DNA of 64,000 nt from a virus. Each line of letters starts with the position of its first letter. The first letter of the stretch is position 1. This document shows, in pieces, positions 28,312-38,086 of the stretch. The notes under the pieces are model-generated. The model did not search any database and was not told the DNA's origin. It saw only the letters and a list, made by a program, of their open reading frames with translations. The stretch lies in IMG/VR virus record IMGVR_UViG_3300009495_000012. One strand, given 5' to 3'. The position numbers and the translations under genes are program-made.

Positions 28312-29747
28312 TACTTAAATCTCTTGCCTCTATTATCAACTGAGTTACCCAGTGCATTATAACCAAATCTTGGTGACGTTGTGGCAGGTGAGACACGACC
28401 AGTCTTAGGTGGTGTTGGAACTTTCCACTCACCAGATAATATTCCATCTGTCACGAGTAGATCTACCACTGTAGTTCCCTCATCATTTGCGATTGTTCTG
28501 TTTGCAGGATCTCTCAATGTAGAACGTACCTCATCAAGTGTAGGAACTTTCTCATATAATCCTGCGTAGTCATCTCTGAATAGTAATTTGTTACGTAGAT
28601 CATCCTTCGGATCAATTACGATTGGTCTAATTGATAAATGACCTTCTGATAGTATACCTGCAACTGCATCACATATAGGTACTGGTTTCAACGGTGTGAG
28701 GGATTCCATATTTGTAGGTACATCTGGTGCACCACCACTTGGTTGCCCAGGCGACTCTTTCGATGCCTTCTCTGAAGTCTTAGCATTCTCTGCTTTATGT
28801 GCATACTTAGATTTGATTGCTTCAAGTGCTTGTCCGTGGAATGAACCATAGAATGATGCACCACTTGTAAATGGTACTGCACCCTGCGGCCCCATGTATA
28901 CAGGAGATGTCATCTCTACCTGTTCACCACCCATGGCACCTTTCATACCTAATACCGATATTTCAGTGGCAGATATGTTGCCCTGCAATGCAGACATCGC
29001 AAACTCTTCTTCGGCAGATACTTGAAATCTATTGGCAGTAAAGATCTCACACTCTGCACCAATGTTATTCTTCCAGTAACCCTTTACAACATGATCTTCA
29101 TTACCCAATACGGTTCTTGCTTCATGCTCAACTGTTTTAAATACAGCAGAACCCTTTGTTGTATAGTTTGTATTGAGACCTACTTTAGTTGTATTGCTCT
29201 TACGGTAGTTGCTATTAACATCTCCGTTGACGTTGACATTATAGTCACCCCCAACATCTACATTGTAATCTCCTGTAACTTCAAGGTTTAGATTACCATT
29301 ATACACTAATTTTCCGTTACCTTCAACTATTACTGTCTGATCACCACCAGTAACTTCTACTTTATTGTTGACTGCACTGATAACAACGGATCCATCCGCA
29401 CGGACTTCTACACCCGCACCTGTACGATGTTTGAGTAGAATACGTTCTCCGCCAGGCGTATCATCATATGAAATGATATGACCAGAGGTTGTTTCTTTTA
29501 CTTGGTTATGTGGGAACTTAGATGGTTCTTGATCTTCGAGATCTAAATCTGTTCCTATAGATCCTCCACCCAGATAAAGGTTCTCTACCTTTAGTCCACG
29601 GGCAGATTTGTGAATCGAGGATCCATAGTGATATTCCTGTTTAGGATACTCACCAGTAGGATCTTGGAACCCGTCCTGTGGTATTCCCTCTGTGTTTTCA
29701 ATAGAAGGATTTGTACCTATGTCACGTTTTTTAGTTGTTGTTGTCAT
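28311..29747 (-). CDS. gp5: Baseplate hub gp5 C-terminal spike/beta-helix part
   Basis: FQDPTGEYP..FPHNQVKETTSGHIISYDDTPGGERILLKHRTG followed by V/G/N-rich beta-helix repeats. Confidence 0.85.
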   Translation of the reverse strand: MTTTTKKRDIGTNPSIENTEGIPQDGFQDPTGEYPKQEYHYGSSIHKSARGLKVENLYLGGGSIGTDLDLEDQEPSKFPHNQVKETTSGHIISYDDTPGGERILLKHRTGAGVEVRADGSVVISAVNNKVEVTGGDQTVIVEGNGKLVYNGNLNLEVTGDYNVDVGGDYNVNVNGDVNSNYRKSNTTKVGLNTNYTTKGSAVFKTVEHEARTVLGNEDHVVKGYWKNNIGAECEIFTANRFQVSAEEEFAMSALQGNISATEISVLGMKGAMGGEQVEMTSPVYMGPQGAVPFTSGASFYGSFHGQALEAIKSKYAHKAENAKTSEKASKESPGQPSGGAPDVPTNMESLTPLKPVPICDAVAGILSEGHLSIRPIVIDPKDDLRNKLLFRDDYAGLYEKVPTLDEVRSTLRDPANRTIANDEGTTVVDLLVTDGILSGEWKVPTPPKTGRVSPATTSPRFGYNALGNSVDNRGKRFK

Positions 29748-31723
29748 ACTGCACTCGCACTTACCAATTCACTTGGTGATTTAGATTGTTCGGTTAACGT
29801 GTCTTTATATACTGACTTCTTACCGAACTTGTTTTCAACATAAGATTTAATATCCATGTATGGATCTCTTGATGCTTCGTCAATATCATTATGCCCAAGT
29901 ACTTGACCGCCAGGGACTACATGATAGAACGACTGACATATTGCTTCTAATGTTTTCATCTGTGATTGTGTAAAGGATCCAGATGATAGATTAAGTAAAG
30001 GATCTTGTGCTTCGGATGCAACATTAATACCACCAACTAAACATACGTCAATGCAATTAGCACTGTGACCTAATATGTCACTGGCAGTACTTACGGTGTC
30101 CAGAGGTATTCCCCTTTGTAAGGTACCGTTTCTTCGTATAACTAAATGATACTGAATGCCATCGTGACCTGCTTCGTTGTGTCTTATATTAATTTCTTCT
30201 GCACCAATATTAGCATTTGTGAATGATTCACTTGCATGAATTATTAACTCTGATACTGCTCTGACATTACTTTTAAACTCTAAACCAAGTTCTTCTTTAG
30301 AATTGATATATGGAAATTCCTTTGTATCTGCCCCACTATATCTTTTAGCAAGTTCTTTCAGTGCAATATCTTCTGTATAGAATTCACCTGCTTCTGAAAC
30401 AATAGATCCAGAGATAGTACTATCAACCTTATCTAATGCAGATGATATAGAGGTCATTTCTTTATCAAATGCGTCTATCTCTGCTTGAGGTACTCCCTCT
30501 GCTTCTGCAAGGTTCTTGACTTGTTTAGTAAACCCATCAATATTTTCACCATCTGCTTTACTAATAATACTTTTCATTTTAGCAGAAGTATTATCACTTT
30601 TCAATGCAATAGATTTTGCCGCCTTTGTTAAATTAATATCTCCACCTTCCATTACATCTTTAAGTATGGTAGATAGAAAATTCTTGTCGAGGTTAAATCC
30701 ACCCAAGGCACTTTGTAATGCATTACCAACAGAACCAGTTAAATCTTCGAATAAATCTTGTGCAGTACCAAGTCCAGTTTTTATTTGTGCACCAACCGCA
30801 TCAACAAGATCACCAACTGCATTTGAAACTGTGTCAAGTAAACCACCCAATGGTGATTTGTCTTTAGGCAATCCTTCTGTTAATGCACCCGTTGCATCTG
30901 CTACAGCACCATCAAGTGCACTGGAGGCGGCATTTGTGGCATCTGCTACAGCATTAGCGGCATCATTTGCAACACCTTCTACCGAAGATACAGCACTTGC
31001 CATATCACTCATTGCAGTTCCACTCTTAACATCTGCTATTGCTTTATCCAATTCACCTTTCATCGCATCAACACTTGCTGTGAGTTCAGCACCCAGTCCA
31101 CCTGCTTGAGCAGTGGCGGCAGCTGCAACGGCAGAGATCGAACCTAATAGAGATCCTTTTCTTTCGGCAGATACTTCTACTGCACCTACGAGTTCATCAA
31201 GCACTGCACCACCAATAGCAACAATAGTGATTGGTTCTACGGGTGGGACAATACCAGTCAGTGAAGCAGTAAGAGAAGGGAGTGCAGATGCCACATCGGT
31301 TCCAGACATAGAGACGGTGGGGATTGATGCCCCTGCAACCAGAGACTCCGTTCCAATGGTGTCACCTGCACTATCAAACGATAACGTGGATATTTGTTCT
31401 GCCACGTTTGTAACTGTAGCAACACCTGCGGATACTCCTACCGAAAATGCATCTGCATTTGATTTAGGTAGACCACCACCGCCAGGGAGTACTTGTGCTA
31501 ATTGACCTGCACTACTTCCTGCTATGGATTGCTTAATTTTATCTTTGTTATTATCTAAACTTTTAATACCATTTACGGTAGTACCAACATCTGTTCCGAG
31601 TACAGTATTTGTATTTAATACCTGTACGTCTTTTACTTTTGCTACAGACGTAGAAATTTGATCCTTGTAAGAACCTAATTTGGTGTTTGCTTTTAATTTA
31701 CTATTAAGTGTATCTAATGACAT
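29744..31723 (-). CDS. Baseplate-associated protein with A/G/S-rich stalk and C-terminal N-acetylmuramoyl-L-alanine amidase
   Basis: LIIHASE..GIQYHLVIRRNG..DVCLVGG..VLGHND..RDP is an Amidase_2 motif set (H, H, D Zn ligands as in AmpD). Confidence 0.75.
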   Translation of the reverse strand: MSLDTLNSKLKANTKLGSYKDQISTSVAKVKDVQVLNTNTVLGTDVGTTVNGIKSLDNNKDKIKQSIAGSSAGQLAQVLPGGGGLPKSNADAFSVGVSAGVATVTNVAEQISTLSFDSAGDTIGTESLVAGASIPTVSMSGTDVASALPSLTASLTGIVPPVEPITIVAIGGAVLDELVGAVEVSAERKGSLLGSISAVAAAATAQAGGLGAELTASVDAMKGELDKAIADVKSGTAMSDMASAVSSVEGVANDAANAVADATNAASSALDGAVADATGALTEGLPKDKSPLGGLLDTVSNAVGDLVDAVGAQIKTGLGTAQDLFEDLTGSVGNALQSALGGFNLDKNFLSTILKDVMEGGDINLTKAAKSIALKSDNTSAKMKSIISKADGENIDGFTKQVKNLAEAEGVPQAEIDAFDKEMTSISSALDKVDSTISGSIVSEAGEFYTEDIALKELAKRYSGADTKEFPYINSKEELGLEFKSNVRAVSELIIHASESFTNANIGAEEINIRHNEAGHDGIQYHLVIRRNGTLQRGIPLDTVSTASDILGHSANCIDVCLVGGINVASEAQDPLLNLSSGSFTQSQMKTLEAICQSFYHVVPGGQVLGHNDIDEASRDPYMDIKSYVENKFGKKSVYKDTLTEQSKSPSELVSASAV

Positions 31724-31724
31724 C

Positions 31725-32594
31725 CTATACCTTCTTATTCGAATATAGTTCGAACAGTCTTAATGCACCCGCATCATAGTCGTTCTTAATTGGAGCATAG
31801 TGTCTTCCTATGATAGAACCCAGTGCTCTTCCTTTATTTTTATCAATAACATCTGAATTAAGAATACGAATGTTTGCATCTACATGTGAACTATTTAGTT
31901 CAAATAATATGAAGGATAATTGAGTGGAGAAGTGCCACCATGTGTTACTGAATGATTTTAATCTGGCAAATCTTACGTTAGACCAACCACATAGACCTAT
32001 ACCACCATCATTTTCAAATGTAGTGTTAAACTTACTATTGATTGTTTCGATGACACCGACTAATGCGGATGCTTGTTTAATTGTATATCCATTAGATAAG
32101 AAAAACTTGATCGCAACATCTCTTCTATAGAGTGTTGTCTTTCCTGTAGGTTCTTCATCTCTAAGGTCATTATACAAGGCAGAGTCATCTTCGTCAACTC
32201 CAGATGTTGATTGATTATAAAAATCTTGAGTAGCAGTTGTTCTCTCTAATAGGTTGTCATATGCTACTGATTTTTGAATTGGTGTTGGGAACTCTGTTCT
32301 TGGCATAGACCCCATTATAACAGGGACTTGTGATTCTTTGCCATCCATAAACATGCCAAATACTAATGCACCTGCTTGTAATGATGGAGAGAATCCTAAA
32401 CCAGACACACCACCTTCGGTAGTAGGAATAAGACATTGTGCCCACGGAAGATCGTTCTGTGGAATAAATCGAGTGGCAGGATCATGTACACCATGTATTC
32501 TAATCCGCACACGACCCTCATATCCATAAGGTGGAGATGCATCAATGACATCTGCAACAAACCATCGTGTATTGTCACCATAATACTTATTCAT
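31725..32594 (-). CDS. gp5: gp5 N-terminal OB-fold with C-terminal phage-tail-lysozyme-like domain
   Basis: WFVADV..GRVRIRIHGVH..DLPWAQ..VFGMFMDG..QVPVIMGS; C-terminal FFLSNGYT..ASALVG..GIGLCGW..R..L..F..QLSFILFEL. Confidence 0.8.
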   Translation of the reverse strand: MNKYYGDNTRWFVADVIDASPPYGYEGRVRIRIHGVHDPATRFIPQNDLPWAQCLIPTTEGGVSGLGFSPSLQAGALVFGMFMDGKESQVPVIMGSMPRTEFPTPIQKSVAYDNLLERTTATQDFYNQSTSGVDEDDSALYNDLRDEEPTGKTTLYRRDVAIKFFLSNGYTIKQASALVGVIETINSKFNTTFENDGGIGLCGWSNVRFARLKSFSNTWWHFSTQLSFILFELNSSHVDANIRILNSDVIDKNKGRALGSIIGRHYAPIKNDYDAGALRLFELYSNKKV

Positions 32595-33948
32595 TTCTCA
32601 AACCCCTTTCAAGTTTTGCCACAGTCATAGCAACATGATGTGCAGTACCACCAAACTGGTGTCTTGTATTGTAAACAATAAAATCACCACTTCTAAGTTG
32701 ATCTAATCCATTCTCTGGATTGCCTGTTAAATCATCACTGATAACATTGATTCGTATTTTATCACCTACGGATCCACCCGACTTAATGAAGCCTGGGCCT
32801 GGGACTGTTATGTCATACATGTTCTTAAATATCATATTTCGGTAGGATGCACTCTGAATCTTCTTTAAGAACATAGCACTTGTTACCTCATCATGTAGTG
32901 ATTTACTATCACCATATACACCACGTGATACTACGTTATGATATATACACGCATCTGTGTCATGTAGATGTGAACCTTCGATGTTAACATCTTCGAAATC
33001 TGGTGTTTTATAAGATGGATTATATATGTTCTGTTTCTCTTTGTTTATTATACCTGCTTCGTCTGCTTGTGTCAAGAGGTTTTCTATAGAAAAATGTTGT
33101 TCTGTTGTACGACCAGTACTTAAATCAGTGACGGTATATTTCGATCCGATACCACCAGACATTAACTGAGTCAAAGTATTTTGCATCTTTGTTGCTTTCA
33201 TACTTTGTATTTGAAAATACTGTAAATCTGGAGTACCATTCTCTTCTTGCATCTGTACATTAGATGGTGAATAGGTATATGGTATCGAAGCATTCCATGC
33301 AGGTTGTTCTAACATTGTATCTAAACTACCTAACCTCAGATTGTTATCATGCATCGATGCATATAGAAAGAAAGGTGCACCAACATCCGTAGTTGCTTTA
33401 CTGGTTAACCATGTTGCCGCCTCAAGTGGATGCATGTATGGTATAACCCCACGGAAATTACTTTGTACTGTACCTGCCGAATAAGATAGATCAACATCTT
33501 TACCGATTTCGTTCTGACATAATTTTACAATCTCTCTTTGTAGATTGTCCTTGATGGAACGAGATATGTTTTTTGTCTTAGAGATAAATGCGTGTTCGTC
33601 CATCAATGATACAATAACCATTGAAGAATTACCAGCGTTAGATGATTTTTCTATCACCTCAATACCAGTCATGATGAATACTCTATCCATCACAATATTG
33701 TCAGTCTGCCCATCTATTACAAATTCAGATTGCATTTGGATATGTAATCGTTCAGTTCCAGAGAAATTAGTAGAGTCGAATATACCTTGATCATCTGCTA
33801 TACCAATCCTACCAGTAAGAAATGGTTTATCTAATGATTCATATAATACAAGTTCGACTATTAACGGCCGTATGTCTAAATTAAGGTTCGGTAATCTCTC
33901 GCTCGTGATTAATGCCTTTTCATATTTAAACTGCGATTGTCTTTTCAT
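32587..33948 (-). CDS. Putative baseplate hub protein (gp27-like)
   Basis: 453 aa between gp53 and gp5; LYESLDKPFLTGRI..D..G; mostly inferred from synteny. Confidence 0.5.
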   Translation of the reverse strand: MKRQSQFKYEKALITSERLPNLNLDIRPLIVELVLYESLDKPFLTGRIGIADDQGIFDSTNFSGTERLHIQMQSEFVIDGQTDNIVMDRVFIMTGIEVIEKSSNAGNSSMVIVSLMDEHAFISKTKNISRSIKDNLQREIVKLCQNEIGKDVDLSYSAGTVQSNFRGVIPYMHPLEAATWLTSKATTDVGAPFFLYASMHDNNLRLGSLDTMLEQPAWNASIPYTYSPSNVQMQEENGTPDLQYFQIQSMKATKMQNTLTQLMSGGIGSKYTVTDLSTGRTTEQHFSIENLLTQADEAGIINKEKQNIYNPSYKTPDFEDVNIEGSHLHDTDACIYHNVVSRGVYGDSKSLHDEVTSAMFLKKIQSASYRNMIFKNMYDITVPGPGFIKSGGSVGDKIRINVISDDLTGNPENGLDQLRSGDFIVYNTRHQFGGTAHHVAMTVAKLERGLRNE

Positions 33949-35015
33949 TATGTTTGTTCTTGCATTGCTTTATTGAAGTCGGATGCTACACCTGCTACTT
34001 GATTTGGTGCAATTACTTTTATTTGACGTAGTTTCTCATTTTCCTGTCTTAGGTTTTCAAGATAACTAATTGGAATAGCACCACCAAGACTTTGACTCAG
34101 TGGATCTATGTCAACCCAATCACCAGATGCATCCTCATAATGATGCACACCGTTTAATTGAGAAGACTCTGCATGAATAATCATAGATGTAGTTCCACCT
34201 GCGGGGTTAGGATAAATAAGATCTTCCCCTACTCTGAACGTACCATCCGTAGTATTTGAAGTATTGATAATATACGACAGTGTATATGTTGAATTTGGTG
34301 AGAAACCAATAGCAGATATTGTGACTTTTCTTCCAAAAGAATCTATTTTAATATCAATATTGGTGAGTGTTTCACCATCACGTTTTAATGCCCACTGAAG
34401 AGGACGGACAAATGTTTCTGCTTCTGCCACATCTGTTCTTTCCAAAACAAGAACACCATTACTATTTGGTTGCACTGTCTGCTCTGTCACCTCACTCTGA
34501 ACACTGGCATTCAACGTATCAATGATAAACGTACCGTGAGACAAATCTCTTTTAATAATTATACCCACAGTACCAGATACGTTACCCGAAACAACTGTCC
34601 CGACAGGAAAGTTATCTGGAGCAGTACCAATTAATTTTGTACGAGTAATGGGTTTGTTATCAGCATCATAGTAATCAATAACATCTTGGTGTTGCATTTT
34701 ACAAGTTACCATTCTGTGAGGATATCTTTCTATCGCTGCCGTATCAACTTCGTGAAGTGTTAAGGGCCACCCTCTTTCTCTTATGTGGTCATTTGCAAGG
34801 AAGAATGTCCAGTAATGATCAGTTGTACCATATATTTTAAATGATGTTTGGTCTGGTCTTTCATTTACAGGTATGGTATAATCATCTACCATCATAGATG
34901 TAAATTTAACTTGATCTACCATATCTACATAATTTGATATGTCTGTAGCAAGAGTGAAACTTTTCTCGTTTCCAAATCGATATAATGTTGGTTTAAAATT
35001 TTTGAAGTATGACAT
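33948..35015 (-). CDS. gp53: Baseplate wedge subunit gp53
   Basis: MSYFKNF..ERPDQTSFKIYGTTDHYWTFFLAND..WPL..ENEKLRQIKVI. Confidence 0.85.
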   Translation of the reverse strand: MSYFKNFKPTLYRFGNEKSFTLATDISNYVDMVDQVKFTSMMVDDYTIPVNERPDQTSFKIYGTTDHYWTFFLANDHIRERGWPLTLHEVDTAAIERYPHRMVTCKMQHQDVIDYYDADNKPITRTKLIGTAPDNFPVGTVVSGNVSGTVGIIIKRDLSHGTFIIDTLNASVQSEVTEQTVQPNSNGVLVLERTDVAEAETFVRPLQWALKRDGETLTNIDIKIDSFGRKVTISAIGFSPNSTYTLSYIINTSNTTDGTFRVGEDLIYPNPAGGTTSMIIHAESSQLNGVHHYEDASGDWVDIDPLSQSLGGAIPISYLENLRQENEKLRQIKVIAPNQVAGVASDFNKAMQEQT

Positions 35016-36137
35016 TTAGAAACCCTCCATAATATCTTTCTTGGTTAGAGCGGCAGTTTCTTGGAAACGTAGTGTCATATCAACTTCTAAAAAACTACCA
35101 TCTTCGTGCATTGCCATCGATGAAGCATTGAATACAGTATCTACACCTTTAAGGAAACATGGTTTAATCTTTGCGAGATTCTTCATTTCCTTACCATCAT
35201 ATTGAAATGCTAATTGAAATTTGTTCGGGAACTTGTAACCCAATGATATACTTCTATCATCACCAACAGGTAATGTAATATCTTCTGGGTATAGTTCTGT
35301 TCTAAATGTTTTAATAATCTTAGTAATCATTGCCTGTTCTTTCGGTGACTTGGCAATCATTTTAAAGTTAAACGCAAACTCACGTATGTTTGGTTGATCA
35401 AAAACTGCACGTTCGTTCGGGTTGAGAGTAACACCACCAGTGACTTGTGCTACCTGTCCTATTTCAGCACCGAAGGTTGGTATCTTTTTACCCAATTGCA
35501 CAGCGGCAAGTTTTGCTAAATCTCCACCTTGAGAGGGTGCAGAACCATTGAAGTTCTCTAAGAAGGATCCGATACCACTTGTCATTGCTTGTGCCATACC
35601 CATACCAGTTTCCATGGTGGCACCCAGTTGTCCTAACTGAATGTTTCTATATGCTACGTTATCATTAAAGGTTAATCCAAGAGGTAGGTACATGGTAATA
35701 CTATCTCCCGATACTTTGATCTTCCCACCGATCACATCTTTTGCGGTGTTACCTAAATATTGAGAAACTCCATCAACAGCGGTTTTAATTACGTCTGGAA
35801 TATCTTTTTTATCACCACCCTCCTCTGAAACCTTTTCAGTGGCAGACTTTTCAATTGCCTTTTGAGCATTTTCTGATTCCTTTACAATATCAGATAAAAC
35901 TGCTTGATTTTTATAGATCTCTTCGATGATAGTAAAAGACACAGTTGCTTTGTAGTCATCATTGTGCAACGGGTATCGCATATTTTTGATACTACCAAGA
36001 TCAATAGATTCGGTTACCCGACCACCCTTACTCGTAAACTCTTTGGTCTTATCGTCTATTTGATCTGTAAAGTTATCAATGATATCCTTACCTACACGAT
36101 CAACTTTATCTTTTAGTAATTGTTTAAAACTTGGCAT
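35016..36137 (-). CDS. gp48: Baseplate tail-tube cap gp48
   Basis: MRYPL..ITMYLP..LNP..FDQPNIREFAFNFKMIAKS..EQ..I..IIKTFR..VDMTLRFQET..LTK. Confidence 0.85.
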   Translation of the reverse strand: MPSFKQLLKDKVDRVGKDIIDNFTDQIDDKTKEFTSKGGRVTESIDLGSIKNMRYPLHNDDYKATVSFTIIEEIYKNQAVLSDIVKESENAQKAIEKSATEKVSEEGGDKKDIPDVIKTAVDGVSQYLGNTAKDVIGGKIKVSGDSITMYLPLGLTFNDNVAYRNIQLGQLGATMETGMGMAQAMTSGIGSFLENFNGSAPSQGGDLAKLAAVQLGKKIPTFGAEIGQVAQVTGGVTLNPNERAVFDQPNIREFAFNFKMIAKSPKEQAMITKIIKTFRTELYPEDITLPVGDDRSISLGYKFPNKFQLAFQYDGKEMKNLAKIKPCFLKGVDTVFNASSMAMHEDGSFLEVDMTLRFQETAALTKKDIMEGF

Positions 36138-36178
36138 TTAACTGTTCCATAAATAGTAGTTTGTAAATGTTATGAATC

Positions 36179-36186
36179 TATTTATA
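36179..36186 (-). promoter_or_regulatory. T4-type late promoter TATAAATA for the gp48 operon
   Basis: Exact consensus in the divergent gp48/gp4 intergenic region; a CATAAATA variant lies on the + strand at about 36148. Confidence 0.7.
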
Positions 36187-36692
36187 TGAAAACTTACAAG
36201 GGAAAGTATAAAATTAAGAATCCAGACAAATATCTGGGGGATCCATCTAACGTTATTTATCGTTCTGGGTGGGAACTCGCAGTTATGAACTGGGCAGACA
36301 CGTCTCCACAAATAAAAAAGTGGGGCAGTGAAGAAACAGTTATACCTTATATATGCGAAACTGATAGGAAACCGCATAGATACTTCATGGACTTTTCTCT
36401 ACAGTATGACAATGGTAGGGTTGTATTGGTTGAAGTAAAACCCCATCAACAGACATTACCACCAAAAACTGGCAAGGGGGTGTCTCGTAGGAAGGTATTG
36501 AATGAGGGTATCACCTATATCAAGAACCAAAGTAAATGGAAGGCGGCACAGGCATATGCTTTAGATAATGGGTGGCACTTCGAGATATGGACGGAAAATG
36601 AGTTACGTGCCATGGGATTACTACCCAAACCTATGGGTAAGAAACCTTTTAAACCTCTGAAGAAATTGAAACCATATAAGAGAAAGAAATGA
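36186..36692 (+). CDS. gp4: Head completion protein gp4 (TnsA-like nuclease fold)
   Basis: YKGKYKIKNPDKYLGDPSNVIYRSGWE..WGSEE..IPY..HRYFMDF..VEVKP..NQSKWKAA..F.IWTE. Confidence 0.92.
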   Translation: MKTYKGKYKIKNPDKYLGDPSNVIYRSGWELAVMNWADTSPQIKKWGSEETVIPYICETDRKPHRYFMDFSLQYDNGRVVLVEVKPHQQTLPPKTGKGVSRRKVLNEGITYIKNQSKWKAAQAYALDNGWHFEIWTENELRAMGLLPKPMGKKPFKPLKKLKPYKRKK

Positions 36693-36702
36693 TAATAAAA
36701 CG

Positions 36703-36710
36703 TATAAATA
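36703..36710 (+). promoter_or_regulatory. T4-type late promoter TATAAATA
   Basis: Exact consensus upstream of gp2. Confidence 0.75.
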
Positions 36711-36737
36711 ACAATATGGATTTTAGAGAGACACTAT

Positions 36738-37319
36738 ATGTCTAATATTTTTAATAGGTTAGAACGTAATGCATTCCGTGCGGGAATAACTCCCCGTACC
36801 AAAGAATCACGTGCGTGGTTTATGAAGAAGGCAATGAACATGCGTTCTATAAACCGTGAAGCATTAATGTAGGAAGAACCGATCAAGGCAAGATCTAAAC
36901 AGATCATTGGTGGCATGTATATGTTCACGTACGATCCGAAGCATAAAGATACATTGCCCTACTACGATGTCTTTCCTCTTGTTGTTGTTATCGGGCCCGC
37001 AAAGGGTGGGTTCCTTGGATTGAACCTACACTACTTACCACCTAAGTTACGTATGCAGTTCTTTGCAAACCTAATGGATATACAGGGTAGTAACATGGAC
37101 GATGATAGTAAGTTCAAACTGACATATAGGATGTTAAAGAAATCCTCAAGTTTGAGATACTTCAAACCATGTGTAAAGCATTATTTGAATTCTCAAGTTA
37201 CAAGCAAGTTTGCGGAAGTACCTGCACCAGAATGGGAGATTGCTATCTTCCTACCGACTGCACAGTTCCGTAAAGCAAATAGTTACAAAGTACATTACGA
37301 CAGTAGGCAGTTAATCTAA
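36738..37319 (+). CDS. gp2: DNA end protector protein gp2, interrupted by an in-frame TAG at 36870-36872
   Basis: MSNIFNRLERNAFRAGITPRTKESRAWF..ALM*EEPIKARSKQIIGGMYMFTYDPKHKDTLPYYDVFPLV..GLNLHYLP; one frame throughout, codon 45 is TAG. Confidence 0.85.
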
Positions 37320-38056
37320 TGAGTGCAGGATTCGGAGTAGAAGAGTTAAAAGCAACGATAAGCAGTTCTGGTGGCATGGCACAACCGCACCAGTTCATGG
37401 TACAGTTACCGCAATTGGCAAGTATCAATATAGACTCAAGAGATCTGTCTTTGCTCTGTAGTGCTACAGTATTGCCTGGCCGACAGATAACGTCAATTGA
37501 TCAAGCAATGGGAACGGTCAATCGTAAGATTGCTAATGGTTATGCTGTAACCGACATGTCATTAAGTTTCATGGTTATGAACGACCATAAGGTAAGACAA
37601 TACTTTGAAGCATGGCAATATGAAGCACATGATCAAGAAAGTAAGACTGTTGGGTATTATGACAACTATACTTACCCAGTACATATCAGTCATTTAGCAA
37701 GGGGAGCACGTCTTGCTATCGTTAAAAAACAATTAGGGTTCATGGACAAGGTACCAAGTTTCATTAGGAACAGGTTACCTTCGATTGGGCCATTCGACTT
37801 AGCACAAGGTGAAATTGACTTGGGTGCTTCGTTTAGTAAGAAGTCTACATATGTGTGTAGTCTCCTCGACTGCTATCCTACTACGTTGAGTGATCAACAG
37901 TTAGGTAATGCACAAGAGGGTATGATGGAACTCACAGTTCAACTATCATTCAGTGAATGGACATCCAAAAAGGGTGAACACACTGGTAAAGGTGAAAGTT
38001 TTGGACGTGGAGTTATTGCAGGTGGTTTATCAAAACTACTTGGAAAATTTGGTTAA
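37319..38056 (+). CDS. gp54: Tail tube initiator gp54 (gp19 family)
   Basis: GMAQPHQFMVQLP..LLCSATVLPGRQI..MSLSF..ND..VRQYFEAWQ..YYDNY..CYPTTL..TVQLSF. Confidence 0.75.
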   Translation: MSAGFGVEELKATISSSGGMAQPHQFMVQLPQLASINIDSRDLSLLCSATVLPGRQITSIDQAMGTVNRKIANGYAVTDMSLSFMVMNDHKVRQYFEAWQYEAHDQESKTVGYYDNYTYPVHISHLARGARLAIVKKQLGFMDKVPSFIRNRLPSIGPFDLAQGEIDLGASFSKKSTYVCSLLDCYPTTLSDQQLGNAQEGMMELTVQLSFSEWTSKKGEHTGKGESFGRGVIAGGLSKLLGKFG

Positions 38057-38086
38057 TTAATTATTTATATATTATAGGAGAATATA

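Noticed and set aside
36186-36692. Homing endonuclease or transposase (TnsA-like fold)
   Set aside because: Sequence and position next to gp2 and gp48 match core head-completion gp4. No introns, inteins or IS elements were seen.
36716-36745. 9-codon uORF overlapping the gp2 start
   Set aside because: Too short, and there is no evidence of function beyond chance.
36870-36872. Genome-wide TAG recoding
   Set aside because: Other genes end in TAG at homologous positions (8527, 42585), and no other conserved gene appears interrupted.
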